This document shows positions 1-9,330 of a stretch of 64,000 nucleotides of DNA, piece by piece (position 1 is the first letter of the stretch; each line of letters starts with the position of its first letter). Source of the stretch: a virus; the IMG/VR virus record IMGVR_UViG_3300032893_000018, positions 29,898 through 93,897 of that record; one strand, given 5' to 3'. The translations under genes were made by a program, and so were the position numbers. The notes under the pieces were generated by a model. It did not search any database. It worked only from the letters and a program-made list of their open reading frames with translations, and was not told the origin of the DNA.

Positions 1-2
1 TC

Positions 3-671
3 GTCGACTCGATCCGGAAGCTCGTGCCCGCTGACATCATGAAGCGCATCCTCGCGGACGGCATCGAGGGCGGCGGAAAGAAGGGGCGCCGCGGCAAGCC
101 CGCCGGAGTCGACGGCATGGGCGGGCGCGCCGCGCAGATCAAGGCCGCGTTGAACGCCGCGTGGATGGATGAGCTTGTGCCGCTGATGGCCGACACCGGT
201 TGCGCGATCCTGATCGTCGCGCGCGAGACGGACGACGATAGCTACGAGGGCGTGAAGGTCGGCGGCGGCAAGGCGCTCGTGTACGAGTCGTCGCTGCGGC
301 TACGCATCGTGCGCCAGCAGCTGTGGGTCGGGCCCGAGGGGAAAAAGAAGTACGTCGGCGAGAAGCACACCGTCGGGATCCACAAGACGAAGGTCGCGGG
401 ACGGATCGAGCCGGTGGTGTACGCGAGCTACTTCACGTCGAACGGCGTGCACGTGCCGGCGGGATTCTGGCCCGAGCGCGACGCGCTCGAGGTCGGGCAG
501 GAGCTCGGCGTGGTCGACCTGAAGGGCAGCTGGTACGGGTTCGACGGCAAGCGGCTCGGCAATGGCGAGGAGGCCGCGGTACAGCGGCTCCTCGACGAGC
601 CGGCGCTCCTCGCCGCCGTGCAGTCGGCGGTGCGTGAAGCAGCACGCCCGGCGGCATCACCGTCGACGTGA
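3..671 (+). CDS. recA: RecA-like recombinase (5' truncated)
   Basis: VDS Walker B at window edge, GGKALVYESSLRL, KTKVA, KGSWYGFDGKRLGNG C-terminal RecA motifs. Confidence 0.85.
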   Translation, partial: VDSIRKLVPADIMKRILADGIEGGGKKGRRGKPAGVDGMGGRAAQIKAALNAAWMDELVPLMADTGCAILIVARETDDDSYEGVKVGGGKALVYESSLRLRIVRQQLWVGPEGKKKYVGEKHTVGIHKTKVAGRIEPVVYASYFTSNGVHVPAGFWPERDALEVGQELGVVDLKGSWYGFDGKRLGNGEEAAVQRLLDEPALLAAVQSAVREAARPAASPST

Positions 672-1384
672 AGATAGTCGTCACGTCGGATCTGCATCTC
701 GACCACCGCACCGGCGGGTTCGAGCGGTTCGGGGAGATCAAGGTCGCACTGGAGCAGACGGTCGAATGCGCACTCGATGTGCACGCCGACGCTTGGGCGT
801 TCCTCGGCGACCTGACCGACCCCGATCTCGATGAGGGGCTCACGCATCGCGCGATCGCGCTCGCGGTGCAAACCGACGGGCGGCTTCGCGAAGAAGGACT
901 CGCGCCGTGGTGGCTCGTCGGGAACCACGACGTGATCGAGGATGGGCGCCTCAGTCACACGCTGCTGGCGCTCGCCGGCGCGGGTGCAAAGGTGTTCGAT
1001 CGCCCCGACTTTTTCCAACGGGACGACGTGGGCGTGATCGCGCTGCCCTACGCTGCCCTCGCGTACCGGTATGACCCGGCGGCCTACGTCCGGTCGGTCA
1101 CGGAGAAGCACGGCGATCTTCGCCAGTGGTTCGTGATGGGGCACATGACTCGCGTCGACGGTGTCGACGATGGGAGCGAGACGGTCGACATGGCGCGCGG
1201 CGGCGACATGCGGTTCCCAATCGAGGAGGCGCAAAAGCTGCCGCGCGCGGTGCTCGTCAATGGACACTACCACCGGCAGCGCATCGCTCGGCACGTCGGC
1301 GACGTGAACATCCCCGGAAGCCTCGCACGATTGACGCACGGCGAGGAACAGAACGAGCCGGGCTTTTTGATCGTGGAGGTGTGA
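668..1384 (+). CDS. SbcD/Mre11-like metallophosphoesterase nuclease
   Basis: SDLH, LGDLTD, GNHD, GH and NGHYH...PGS motifs; next to SbcC-like ATPase. Confidence 0.9.
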   Translation: MKIVVTSDLHLDHRTGGFERFGEIKVALEQTVECALDVHADAWAFLGDLTDPDLDEGLTHRAIALAVQTDGRLREEGLAPWWLVGNHDVIEDGRLSHTLLALAGAGAKVFDRPDFFQRDDVGVIALPYAALAYRYDPAAYVRSVTEKHGDLRQWFVMGHMTRVDGVDDGSETVDMARGGDMRFPIEEAQKLPRAVLVNGHYHRQRIARHVGDVNIPGSLARLTHGEEQNEPGFLIVEV

Positions 1385-1387
1385 CGG

Positions 1388-1792
1388 ATGCGACGGTCGA
1401 AGGTGACGGCGCGAGCGCCGGTGGTAGATGGATCGATCGAGCGGGTGCCAGTGAAGGGCGCGATGCCGCTTGCGACGGTGACGATGGTTGAAGGCAAGGT
1501 GCCGGTGCCTGCGATGCTCGGGATCGTCCGTGTGATTCCCGAGCCGGGCACGACGACGGCGGCGCGAGCTGCGATCTTGAACGCGCTCAAGCAGGCGGGC
1601 GCCGTCCACGTGTGGTTCGCGCCGCCGTCCGCGGGCGCGCGCGTCGTGCTCGACGAGTCGGTCGCGCCGAGCGCTGCCCGCCGGGAAACCGCGCGCGAGG
1701 CAGTCACGGCGATGCTCAAGGAGGCGGCATCGAGGGATCCGGTGCGGCTCGCCGCCGTGCTGGAGAAGGCGCTCGCGAGGGCGGGGCTTTGA
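1388..1792 (+). CDS. Hypothetical protein, possibly a split SbcD C-terminal domain
   Basis: Tightly coupled between sbcD-like and sbcC-like genes. Confidence 0.55.
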   Translation: MRRSKVTARAPVVDGSIERVPVKGAMPLATVTMVEGKVPVPAMLGIVRVIPEPGTTTAARAAILNALKQAGAVHVWFAPPSAGARVVLDESVAPSAARRETAREAVTAMLKEAASRDPVRLAAVLEKALARAGL

Positions 1793-3744
1793 GCGGCGTC
1801 CACTTGGTCGGCCTTCGGCTGACGAACTGGCGGTGCTTCCGTGGTGTGCACGAGCTCGAGCTCGGCCCGGGCGCGTACGCGATCCAGGCGCAGCACGACG
1901 ACGATCGCGACCGATCGAACTGGCTCGGCAAGTCGTCGCTCTTGTGGGCGATCCGGTTCCTGATGACGGGCGACCACCCGGACGCGACTGAGGATGAGTG
2001 GATCGCCCGGGGCGAGACCGTCGGAGGCGTCGACGGGGAGTTCTCCGACGGGACGTTCGTCAGCCGTGAGCGGAAGCTCGGCGACGCCACGCGGCTCCTC
2101 GTGACGCGCCCGATCGACGGTGGCGAGCGACGGCTCGACGGCGACGCGGCGCAGGCGGAGCTCGACGCCTGGCGGTGCATGAACAAGGACGAGGATCTCA
2201 CCACCTGGTGGATCGAGCAGAAGATGTCCGACCGCTTCGTGCGCGAGGACCCCGCGGTGCGCACGCGGATGATCGCGCGATGGCTGGAGCTCGGGCCGAT
2301 CCAGGCGGCGCACGCGCACGCGGCCGAGTGGCTTCGGGACATCGTCAAGGAGCGCGACGCGATCGCGGCGGTGTGCGAGTCGACGGCGGCGCAGGCGGTC
2401 GAGCTGTGGCAGCAGCTGGACGTCGAACCGAAGGACGTCGGCGGGCTCGTTCTCGGGCGCGACGCGCTTCGCCGCGAGGTGAGCGCGCTTCGGGCCTCGG
2501 CGGAAACGGACGCCGAGACGCGCCGCGTGCTTGCGCGAGTGGAGCAGAACAGGCGCGATGCGGAGGAGCACGCGCGGCTGTCCGACGAGCTGGAGGAGGT
2601 GGACGCGACGATCGCCGAGCTGCCGCCTCCCGTTGACGAGTTCCGAGTCGCGGCGGCGGAGCAGGCGGCGGCCGACGCCGCCGCGGTGCTCGCCGAGCGG
2701 GCCCGCGACGAGCAGAGCAAGCGGACGCTCGCGCGCGGTCGATTCGACGGGAAGTGTCCGGTCGGCGGCATCGCATGCCCCGCGACGGCGCAGCTGAACG
2801 CCGACGTCGAGCGCAATGAGCAGCTGCTGCGCGATGCCGCGGAGGCGAAGGCGTTGGCGAGGAAGGCGGCGGACACCGCGCGCGAATCGGTCGCCGCGCT
2901 CGCCGCTGAGCGGAACCGTCTGTCGCAGCTGGAGTTCCGTCGCGAGAAGGTCGTCGTCGCGCTCGCGCGCGTGGAGGCTGGCGCGAAGGCGCACGCGCGC
3001 GCCGCGCAGGTGACGCGCGAGGATCCGGACGCGGCGACCAAGCTGTGGGAGGCGCAGCAGAAGCTCGACAAGCTCGAGAAGGACGCCGCGATGATCGAGC
3101 GGCTGCAGAAGACGCTGCTCGAGAAGAACGCGCGGCTGCAGGACATGGCGCCCGACGTGCAGGCGCACTGCGAGGCCGTCGCGATCCTCGGGCGCGCGGG
3201 CGTGCAGCGGCGGCTCGCCGAGGGTCTCCTCGCGTCGATTGCGGACGACGTGAACCGGTCGCTCGCCGACTGCGGCGTCGCGCTCCACGTGCGGTTCGAG
3301 TGGGCGCGCGAGACCGACAAGCTCGCCGACGCCTGCGGGCAATGCGGCGCGCCGTTCCCGGCCTCGCGCAAGGTGCGACTGTGTGCGACGTGCGGCGGCG
3401 CGCGCGGGAACAAGCTCGACGAGAAGCTCCGCGTGGTGATGTCGGATCGGTCGGGCGGCGCCGACGACCTCGTCGGGCTCGCGACGTGCCTCGCCGGGGG
3501 CGCGTGGCTCCGCGCGCGCCGCGGGTCGCCGTGGTCGATCGCGTGCATCGACGAGGCGTTCGCGCACGTCGACCTCGCGAACCGGCGCGCGATGGGCCGT
3601 CACCTGCTGTCGCTGCTCTCCGGCGAGCACGGATACGACCAGGCGTTCGTCACGGCGCACGACACGGTGACGCTCGCGTCGCTCCCCCGTCGCATCCTGA
3701 TCGAGGCGGGGGCTTCCGGATCGCGCGTCCGCGTGGTGGGGTAG
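1789..3744 (+). CDS. SbcC/Rad50-like ABC ATPase
   Basis: LTNWRCF, SNWLGKSS Walker A, coiled coil with CPVGGIAC hook, RSGG signature, IDEAFAHVD Walker B, TAHD; TTG start inferred. Confidence 0.88.
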   Translation: MSGVHLVGLRLTNWRCFRGVHELELGPGAYAIQAQHDDDRDRSNWLGKSSLLWAIRFLMTGDHPDATEDEWIARGETVGGVDGEFSDGTFVSRERKLGDATRLLVTRPIDGGERRLDGDAAQAELDAWRCMNKDEDLTTWWIEQKMSDRFVREDPAVRTRMIARWLELGPIQAAHAHAAEWLRDIVKERDAIAAVCESTAAQAVELWQQLDVEPKDVGGLVLGRDALRREVSALRASAETDAETRRVLARVEQNRRDAEEHARLSDELEEVDATIAELPPPVDEFRVAAAEQAAADAAAVLAERARDEQSKRTLARGRFDGKCPVGGIACPATAQLNADVERNEQLLRDAAEAKALARKAADTARESVAALAAERNRLSQLEFRREKVVVALARVEAGAKAHARAAQVTREDPDAATKLWEAQQKLDKLEKDAAMIERLQKTLLEKNARLQDMAPDVQAHCEAVAILGRAGVQRRLAEGLLASIADDVNRSLADCGVALHVRFEWARETDKLADACGQCGAPFPASRKVRLCATCGGARGNKLDEKLRVVMSDRSGGADDLVGLATCLAGGAWLRARRGSPWSIACIDEAFAHVDLANRRAMGRHLLSLLSGEHGYDQAFVTAHDTVTLASLPRRILIEAGASGSRVRVVG

Positions 3745-3748
3745 CACC

Positions 3749-4300
3749 GTGCGCGCGCGGAAGCAGATCGACCCGTCGAAGGTGGTCGTGCTCGGCGTTG
3801 ATCTGTCGCTCGCTGGCACAGGGCTCGTCGCGTTGCCCGCGACGTGGGGAGGCAAGTGGAAGCGCGTCGTAGTGCACACGGTGAAGATCCCGATCCCGAC
3901 GCATGCGACGGAGGGCGAGCGTGTCTCGCGGCTCGGCAAGATCGTGATGGAGGTGCTCGCGTTCGCACGCGACAACCGATGCACGCACGGCGTCGTGTTG
4001 AACTACGCATTCAGCAAGTCGAACAAGGCGCACTGGCTCGGCGAGCTCGGCGGCGTCGTGAAGCTGATGATGCGCGACCACCGGGGACTGCTGCTGCAGC
4101 CGGTCGCCGAGAGCGCCGCTCGTTCGCTGATCGTCGGCAAGCTGCCCCGCGCCGACGTGAAGGTTCTCGTGCGCGCGGAGCTGACCCGGATGGGCATGCC
4201 CGCGGCGTGGTCGCTGGACGAGGGCGACGCGTTCGTCGCGGCGAACTGGGGGCTGTTCGAGTCGGGGGCCCCGGGGGCCCTGGTTCACGCCGCCGCGTGA
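3749..4300 (+). CDS. RuvC-like Holliday junction resolvase
   Basis: VLGVDLSLAGTG, LGELGGVVK, DEGDA motifs. Confidence 0.75.
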   Translation: MRARKQIDPSKVVVLGVDLSLAGTGLVALPATWGGKWKRVVVHTVKIPIPTHATEGERVSRLGKIVMEVLAFARDNRCTHGVVLNYAFSKSNKAHWLGELGGVVKLMMRDHRGLLLQPVAESAARSLIVGKLPRADVKVLVRAELTRMGMPAAWSLDEGDAFVAANWGLFESGAPGALVHAAA

Positions 4301-4332
4301 TTCCCGCGGGTTCGTGGCCCCGGCGGAAAAGG

Positions 4333-4362
4333 TTGCAATGATGGGCCATCATGGCCTATCCT
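4333..4362 (+). promoter_or_regulatory. Sigma70-type promoter of cas12 with palindromic operator
   Basis: TTGCAA-N18-TATCCT; ATGATGG-G-CCATCAT inverted repeat at 4338-4352; GGAG SD before ATG 4408. Confidence 0.55.
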
Positions 4363-4407
4363 TTGGGTGTCCGGTCGACGGTCGGCCGCAAAGGACATGG
4401 AGATCAA

Positions 4408-6063
4408 ATGCTGACTCTTTCTCGACCAGCTCTGATCGAATCAGACGAAGAACGACTGTTGCGTGAGTGTGCCTCGGCGTGCTGGACCTATCACCGATTG
4501 CTCGACTTCGAGGAGCAGCACCAGCGTGTGCTCGACGAGGTCGCGAACACCATCGCCCCCGGCATCGTTAGAGTCGGTCGCATTCTTGCGCGGCTAGCGC
4601 GACGAGCACGACGCGCGGAGCGCACGACGAAGGGGCAATGGGCGCCGAACCCGAGACCGGAACTCGCCGCCGGGTTGCGCCTGCGCTTGGACTCGATGCG
4701 CGCGGCGCGCAACGCAGATCCGCGTTGGGCCGTGGCGCTAGGCTGGGCCGACGAGCAAGTGGGAGAGCCGAAGTCCGTGCGTCGGCGTCGTGCGAAGCCC
4801 GTCGACAAGATCAAGCGTCGCAAGACGGAGACCGATGAAGCTTTTGCCAAGCGCCTCGCGCTGCTCTCGCAAGACGAGAGCGACGAGCACTACGCCAAAA
4901 AGCTCGAGGTCATTCCGCGAGACACTCGTCGCGACGCGTATCGCAAAGAGCTCTACGGGCAGCGCCGCATCTACTGGGGCACGTGGAACGCTCTCGTGCG
5001 GAGCGTCGACCAGGCGCGGAAGGACGTGATCGGCCAGCGTGCGCGAGGGATGCCGGCGGAGATCCGGCGCCCGAAGTTCCGCGACCCGGTTTCTCTTTCG
5101 GCGGACGCTGGCGGTTTCCGAATAGTCGAGCGCGGCTCGCCGTGGTGGACGCTGGAGCTCCGCATCGGGGTGAGCGACGGATGGGTCCGGTTCCGCGCAA
5201 AATGCGGTAACTGGCACGCTGTCCCGGCGGACGCGGCGTTCCGCACGCTCAAGCTCACGCGGCGCAGGGATGGTGAGCGCTGGACGTATTCGGTGAGCCT
5301 AACGATCGACATGGAAAAGTCGACGGCGCAGCGAGCAGAGTCGCGGGTCGTAGCGTTCGACTGGGGCCACCGTGAGCACGGGCATGACCGAGCATCCGAT
5401 GGGATCCGGGTTTTCACATGGCTCGGCGACGATGGCGAGCAAGGCGAAGTTCTGATCCCATCCGAGTGTCGCGCCGCCCTCGACGAGATCGACGGGCTGA
5501 AGAGCCGCCTGGACACGACCTACGATGCGAGACGGACGACGCTCGCTCGCCTTCATCGAAACAGGTACCTGTATCGGCGCGCGCTGATGCGGTCCGGCGT
5601 GCGGACCGCTGAGGAAACGGACTGGCTCCGATGGGAGATGCGGTACGAGCGTCGAATCATGGCGCGGCGAAAGAGGATCGTGAACCTCCGTCGAGAGATC
5701 TACCTCACTGCCGTCCGGGAGCTGCGGGCCCGCTACGCGATCTTCGCGTTCGAGGCCGAGTCGGTACCGCAGATCAAGAAGAAGCAGAAGGACGAGGAGC
5801 GGAAACGTCGGCAGCGGAGCAACCGCGACCTCGCGGCGAGGTACGAGTTCACTTCGATTTGCGAGCGGTCAGGTGCCACGATTATCTCGGTACCCGCTCG
5901 CAAATCGACGAAGGAGTGTCCAGATTGCGGGCAACTCACCGAAAACGGTCCTGAATTGCTCATTGCCTGCCCGGGTTGTGGGCGTATTCGGGACAAGGAC
6001 CGAGGTGCGTCACGTGTCATCCTGGGCCGGGCGAAGGAGGCGCTCGCAAACCGTGCTGCATGA
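4408..6063 (+). CDS. cas12: Compact type V CRISPR effector, Cas12m/V-U1-like (about 551 aa)
   Basis: RuvC-I AFDWG, RuvC-II FAFEAE, CPDCG/CPGCG zinc finger, RuvC-III RDKDRGASRVI; IYWGTWNALV...PAEIRRPKF resembles the V-U1 motif; array starts 31 nt downstream. Confidence 0.85.
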   Translation: MLTLSRPALIESDEERLLRECASACWTYHRLLDFEEQHQRVLDEVANTIAPGIVRVGRILARLARRARRAERTTKGQWAPNPRPELAAGLRLRLDSMRAARNADPRWAVALGWADEQVGEPKSVRRRRAKPVDKIKRRKTETDEAFAKRLALLSQDESDEHYAKKLEVIPRDTRRDAYRKELYGQRRIYWGTWNALVRSVDQARKDVIGQRARGMPAEIRRPKFRDPVSLSADAGGFRIVERGSPWWTLELRIGVSDGWVRFRAKCGNWHAVPADAAFRTLKLTRRRDGERWTYSVSLTIDMEKSTAQRAESRVVAFDWGHREHGHDRASDGIRVFTWLGDDGEQGEVLIPSECRAALDEIDGLKSRLDTTYDARRTTLARLHRNRYLYRRALMRSGVRTAEETDWLRWEMRYERRIMARRKRIVNLRREIYLTAVRELRARYAIFAFEAESVPQIKKKQKDEERKRRQRSNRDLAARYEFTSICERSGATIISVPARKSTKECPDCGQLTENGPELLIACPGCGRIRDKDRGASRVILGRAKEALANRAA

Positions 6064-6094
6064 ATCCGAGATCATTGGGGTCGTCCGGATGTCC

Positions 6095-7179
6095 CCATCA
6101 ACAGCCGCGCGAGGCTTCGAGTATCGCGACAGCATGAACACCGACGGTGTTGCGACGTTCGAGCCGTCCATCAACAGCCGCGCGAGGCTTCGAGTATCGC
6201 GACCCCGAGCACGACGAGAACTCGTCGGGCCATCAACAGCCGCGCGAGGCTTCGAGTATCGCGACGACCGATGACGGCGAGGCAGTTGTCGCGCCCGACG
6301 AACCATCAACAGCCGCGCGAGGCTTCGAGTATCGCGACAGCTCTCCGAGTACCCCACGTCTTGGGACTTCTACGAATCCATCAACAGCCGCGCGAGGCTT
6401 CGAGTATCGCGACGCGTCGCTGCGGCGTCGGCGGGTCACGCGAGCTCCCCCATCAACAGCCGCGCGAGGCTTCGAGTATCGCGACAAGACCCGGCGAACC
6501 CCACCGGCAACGACCTGTCCGCCATCAACAGCCGCGCGAGGCTTCGAGTATCGCGACAAGTAGAACACGATCGCTCCGACCACGGTCACGACGAGCTGCC
6601 ATCAACAGCCGCGCGAGGCTTCGAGTATCGCGACGCATCAAAGAGCGTGAGTGGTACGGGGCCGTCGATCGCGGGCCATCAACAGCCGCGCGAGGCTTCG
6701 AGTATCGCGACATGTTCTCGACCCTTTCGACCTGCTCGCGTCCCGCCCCATGCCGCCATCAACAGCCGCGCGAGGCTTCGAGTATCGCGACGCGGCACGC
6801 CTCCGGGACATCGCGGACCGCGCGCCGCCATCAACAGCCGCGCGAGGCTTCTTCGAGTATCGCGACGAGTCGGCACTGCACCGCGCGCCGCACGAGGTCG
6901 GCCATCAACAGCCGCGAAGGGCTTCGAATACTTCGACCGTCGAGCACGCGGACCGGTCTCCCGCCATCAACAGCCGCGAAGGGCTTCGAATACTTCGACC
7001 ATGGACGATCCGGGAGCGAGCGGCGGCGTACGCACACAAATAACAGCCGCGACGGGCTTCGAATACTTCGACCCCCACACGAGCAGCCATCAATAGCCGC
7101 GAAGGGCTTCGAATACTTCGACCGGTGGTAGCTGCCTGCCGCTTTATCAACAGCTGCTAGGGGCTTCGAGTACCTAGAC
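6095..7179 (+). CRISPR. CRISPR array, 16 repeats of 36 bp and 15 spacers
   Basis: CCATCAACAGCCGCGCGAGGCTTCGAGTATCGCGAC at 6095,6168,6230,6303,6378,6450,6522,6599,6676,6756,6828 (last has +CTT); variant B at 6902,6964,7037,7087; variant C at 7144; spacers 14-44 nt; orientation inferred. Confidence 0.97.
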
Positions 7180-7249
7180 GAGAGGATGTAGATGCGCGGC
7201 AATAACGGGCGATGGCAAAGCGAAAGCTCCGAGGCAAGCTGAAAAAACT

Positions 7250-7582
7250 TTGGACCACGAGCGGCAAGCACATCAATTCCAATTCGACGAGTTCTCCGAA
7301 CGGGAGCGCAAGCTCAACGAGCTGCCCATGCACGTGAAGGTGCTGCAGAAGGCTCTCGGCGAAGCGCATCAGGAGATCGCGAAGCTTCGTCGTGTAGCGG
7401 ACAAGAACAAATTCAGATTCGATGACGACGAGGACAGGGTGGGCGAAGTCGTGAACCAGGTCACGATGTATTTAGCGGCCATTGGTGCTCGCGTGAATTT
7501 GGAGGTCGAATTCGCCTCGGGGCGCAGGAACTCCTTCGAACTGCAAAACAGCCTCCTGCGCGATTTCTTGGGGATTCGATGA
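7250..7582 (+). CDS. Small coiled-coil hypothetical protein lying between CRISPR repeats
   Basis: 110-aa ORF, lower GC; start uncertain (ATG 7212 is out of frame across an A6 run). Confidence 0.5.
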   Translation: MDHERQAHQFQFDEFSERERKLNELPMHVKVLQKALGEAHQEIAKLRRVADKNKFRFDDDEDRVGEVVNQVTMYLAAIGARVNLEVEFASGRRNSFELQNSLLRDFLGIR

Positions 7583-7595
7583 GAGGATGCGCGAA

Positions 7596-7631
7596 CGCCC
7601 AACAGCCGCGAAGGGCTTCGAATACTTTGAC
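7596..7631 (+). CRISPR. Orphan variant-B CRISPR repeat
   Basis: CGCCCAACAGCCGCGAAGGGCTTCGAATACTTTGAC. Confidence 0.85.
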
Positions 7632-7796
7632 GGTCGTGCTCTCCCCGAAGAACGCGGAGCCGGAGCTTCGCGCGGGCATCGACAACGCGCGGCGCGCGGC
7701 GCAGGCCGCGGCGGCGTCCGGGGACGTGCGCCGCGCGATCCGGTACCTCGCCGACGCCGAGTGCCTGGAGCGCGCGCTCGCCCGCGCGACCCGGAG

Positions 7797-8057
7797 ATGA
7801 CGCACGCGGAGCGCCGGATGGCCCTGTGGCTCGCGCACCTGTACGAGGTCGAAGGCGACCGCTTCGAACACGGCGACGAACCGTGGTTGGTCCGATACGA
7901 GCGCGTCGTGCCCGACCTGCGCGAGGCGGGGCGCTGCTACGAGGCAGCGACGCGGATGAACGAGCGCGGGATGGGGGGGATCCCATTCGGGCACGATCTC
8001 GAAGAACTTCACGAGCGGGCGATGGACGCCTTCGCGCCAATGGACTGTGACGAGTAG
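7797..8057 (+). CDS. Hypothetical protein
   Basis: ATGA overlap with upstream small ORF, phage-like codon usage. Confidence 0.55.
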   Translation: MTHAERRMALWLAHLYEVEGDRFEHGDEPWLVRYERVVPDLREAGRCYEAATRMNERGMGGIPFGHDLEELHERAMDAFAPMDCDE

Positions 8058-8091
8058 TGAATGGCATCCTCCTCGCCGGAGGATCTGATCG

Positions 8092-8793
8092 ATGACGAGG
8101 AAAACGAAGGCGCCACTCCGCGCGCCTGATGCGTTCTTGGAGTATCCCACGGTGCTCCTCTCCCGGTTGAAGGAGGACCCGAAGAACCCGCGCGTGATCA
8201 CGAACGCGGAGCTCGAGATCCTGGAGCGGTCGATGTTCGAGTTCGGGTTCGTCGAACCGGTCGTCGCGAGACCGAGCGATGGCTTGATCATGGGAGGGCA
8301 CCAGCGGCGCCGCGCGTACCTCGCGCTCTATCCGAAGTTGAAGCTGTTGATTCAGTTCACCGTCAGGATCAGCGGCGGCACTATCACCGACGAAGACTTC
8401 GGCGCTCCGCGCGCGCCGGTGATGTGGCGCGAACTCGACGACCAACGCGCGCGCATGTTGAACCTCGCCCTGAATCGGATCGGCGGGACATGGGACGCTG
8501 ATAAGCTGCCGCAATTGATCGAGTCGCTCACGACGCAGATGCCGCTAGAGGCGTTGATGGTCACGGGGTTCACCGCTGCCGAGCTGACCGACTTCGCCGA
8601 TCTCGCGAGTAACCCGGTGGTGACGACCGGTGACGCACCGGTCTCGACGCCGCGGGCGCCGCACTTGTCGTTTGACTTCAGCAGCGAGAAGAAGCGCGAT
8701 GCCGTGAAGCGGTTCATCGCTGCGCGTGTCGAGAAAGGTAAGAAGACCGAGCTCGGTGGTGACCTGCTCGCGAAGCTCCTGGGTGTGCGATGA
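8092..8793 (+). CDS. ParB/Srx N-terminal domain protein
   Basis: PKNPR, FGFVEPVV, IMGGHQR, LNLALNRIGGTWD. Confidence 0.85.
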   Translation: MTRKTKAPLRAPDAFLEYPTVLLSRLKEDPKNPRVITNAELEILERSMFEFGFVEPVVARPSDGLIMGGHQRRRAYLALYPKLKLLIQFTVRISGGTITDEDFGAPRAPVMWRELDDQRARMLNLALNRIGGTWDADKLPQLIESLTTQMPLEALMVTGFTAAELTDFADLASNPVVTTGDAPVSTPRAPHLSFDFSSEKKRDAVKRFIAARVEKGKKTELGGDLLAKLLGVR

Positions 8794-9227
8794 CGCGCCT
8801 CGGTCGCATGTTCAGGAACCTGTTGGAGCGGTTCCTCGGTCGCTACCATGAAGGGCCCGAGCCGCCGCGCCGGCTCGCCGAGGAGGTGCGGATCTTCCGC
8901 CACCTGTTCCCGCTTGCCGACGCCAGGCAGTGGGAGGAGCTCGCCGTCGAGCTCGCGGGGCGGTCGTACCGCGACGGGTTCACGCGCGGATTCGAATGGT
9001 GTGAGCGGAGCTGGGAGGGGCCCGCCGTGGAGCCCGAGCGGCTCGCCGAGGCGCAGGCCCACGACTGGTCGGCGGGCGACGCGAACCCCGTCGTGCGCGA
9101 GCTCCTCCTGCGCGAGCCCGACCCGCTCACGGCGCGACAGGTGCGCGACCTCGAAGAGGCGGCGGCCGACGCGATCGCGCGCGGGATCCCGTTCCGCGCG
9201 GCACCCGGGCCGCGCCAGCGGTGGTAG
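8790..9227 (+). CDS. Hypothetical protein
   Basis: ATGA-coupled ORF. Confidence 0.6.
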   Translation: MTRLGRMFRNLLERFLGRYHEGPEPPRRLAEEVRIFRHLFPLADARQWEELAVELAGRSYRDGFTRGFEWCERSWEGPAVEPERLAEAQAHDWSAGDANPVVRELLLREPDPLTARQVRDLEEAAADAIARGIPFRAAPGPRQRW

Positions 9228-9303
9228 CCGCGGCATGATGGGGGAGGCGGCGTTCGGCGAGAACATTCCCCCCCATGTCCCCGGGCGCCGTCGCTTCTTC
9301 CTC

Positions 9304-9322
9304 ACGGATTACCGTAATCCGT
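9304..9322. promoter_or_regulatory. Palindrome copy 1 (ACGGATTAC-C-GTAATCCGT)
   Basis: Perfect 9-1-9 inverted repeat 8 nt before ATG 9331; also at 24643 and 37592. Confidence 0.75.
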
Positions 9323-9330
9323 CGCAACCC

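Noticed and set aside
4351-4407. Upstream ATG 4351 as the cas12 start; IS605 TnpB interpretation
   Set aside because: 4351 lies within the predicted promoter while 4408 has an SD; there is no TnpA or IS ends, and a true array follows
6938-7143. Self-targeting by CRISPR spacers (13-nt match of spacer 12 at 16930; 10-nt match of spacer 15 at 9219)
   Set aside because: Too short for GC-rich sequence and no shared PAM; no full protospacer seen by eye
5873-7271. ORFs spanning the CRISPR array
   Set aside because: They are translations of the repeats (PSTAARGFEYRD)
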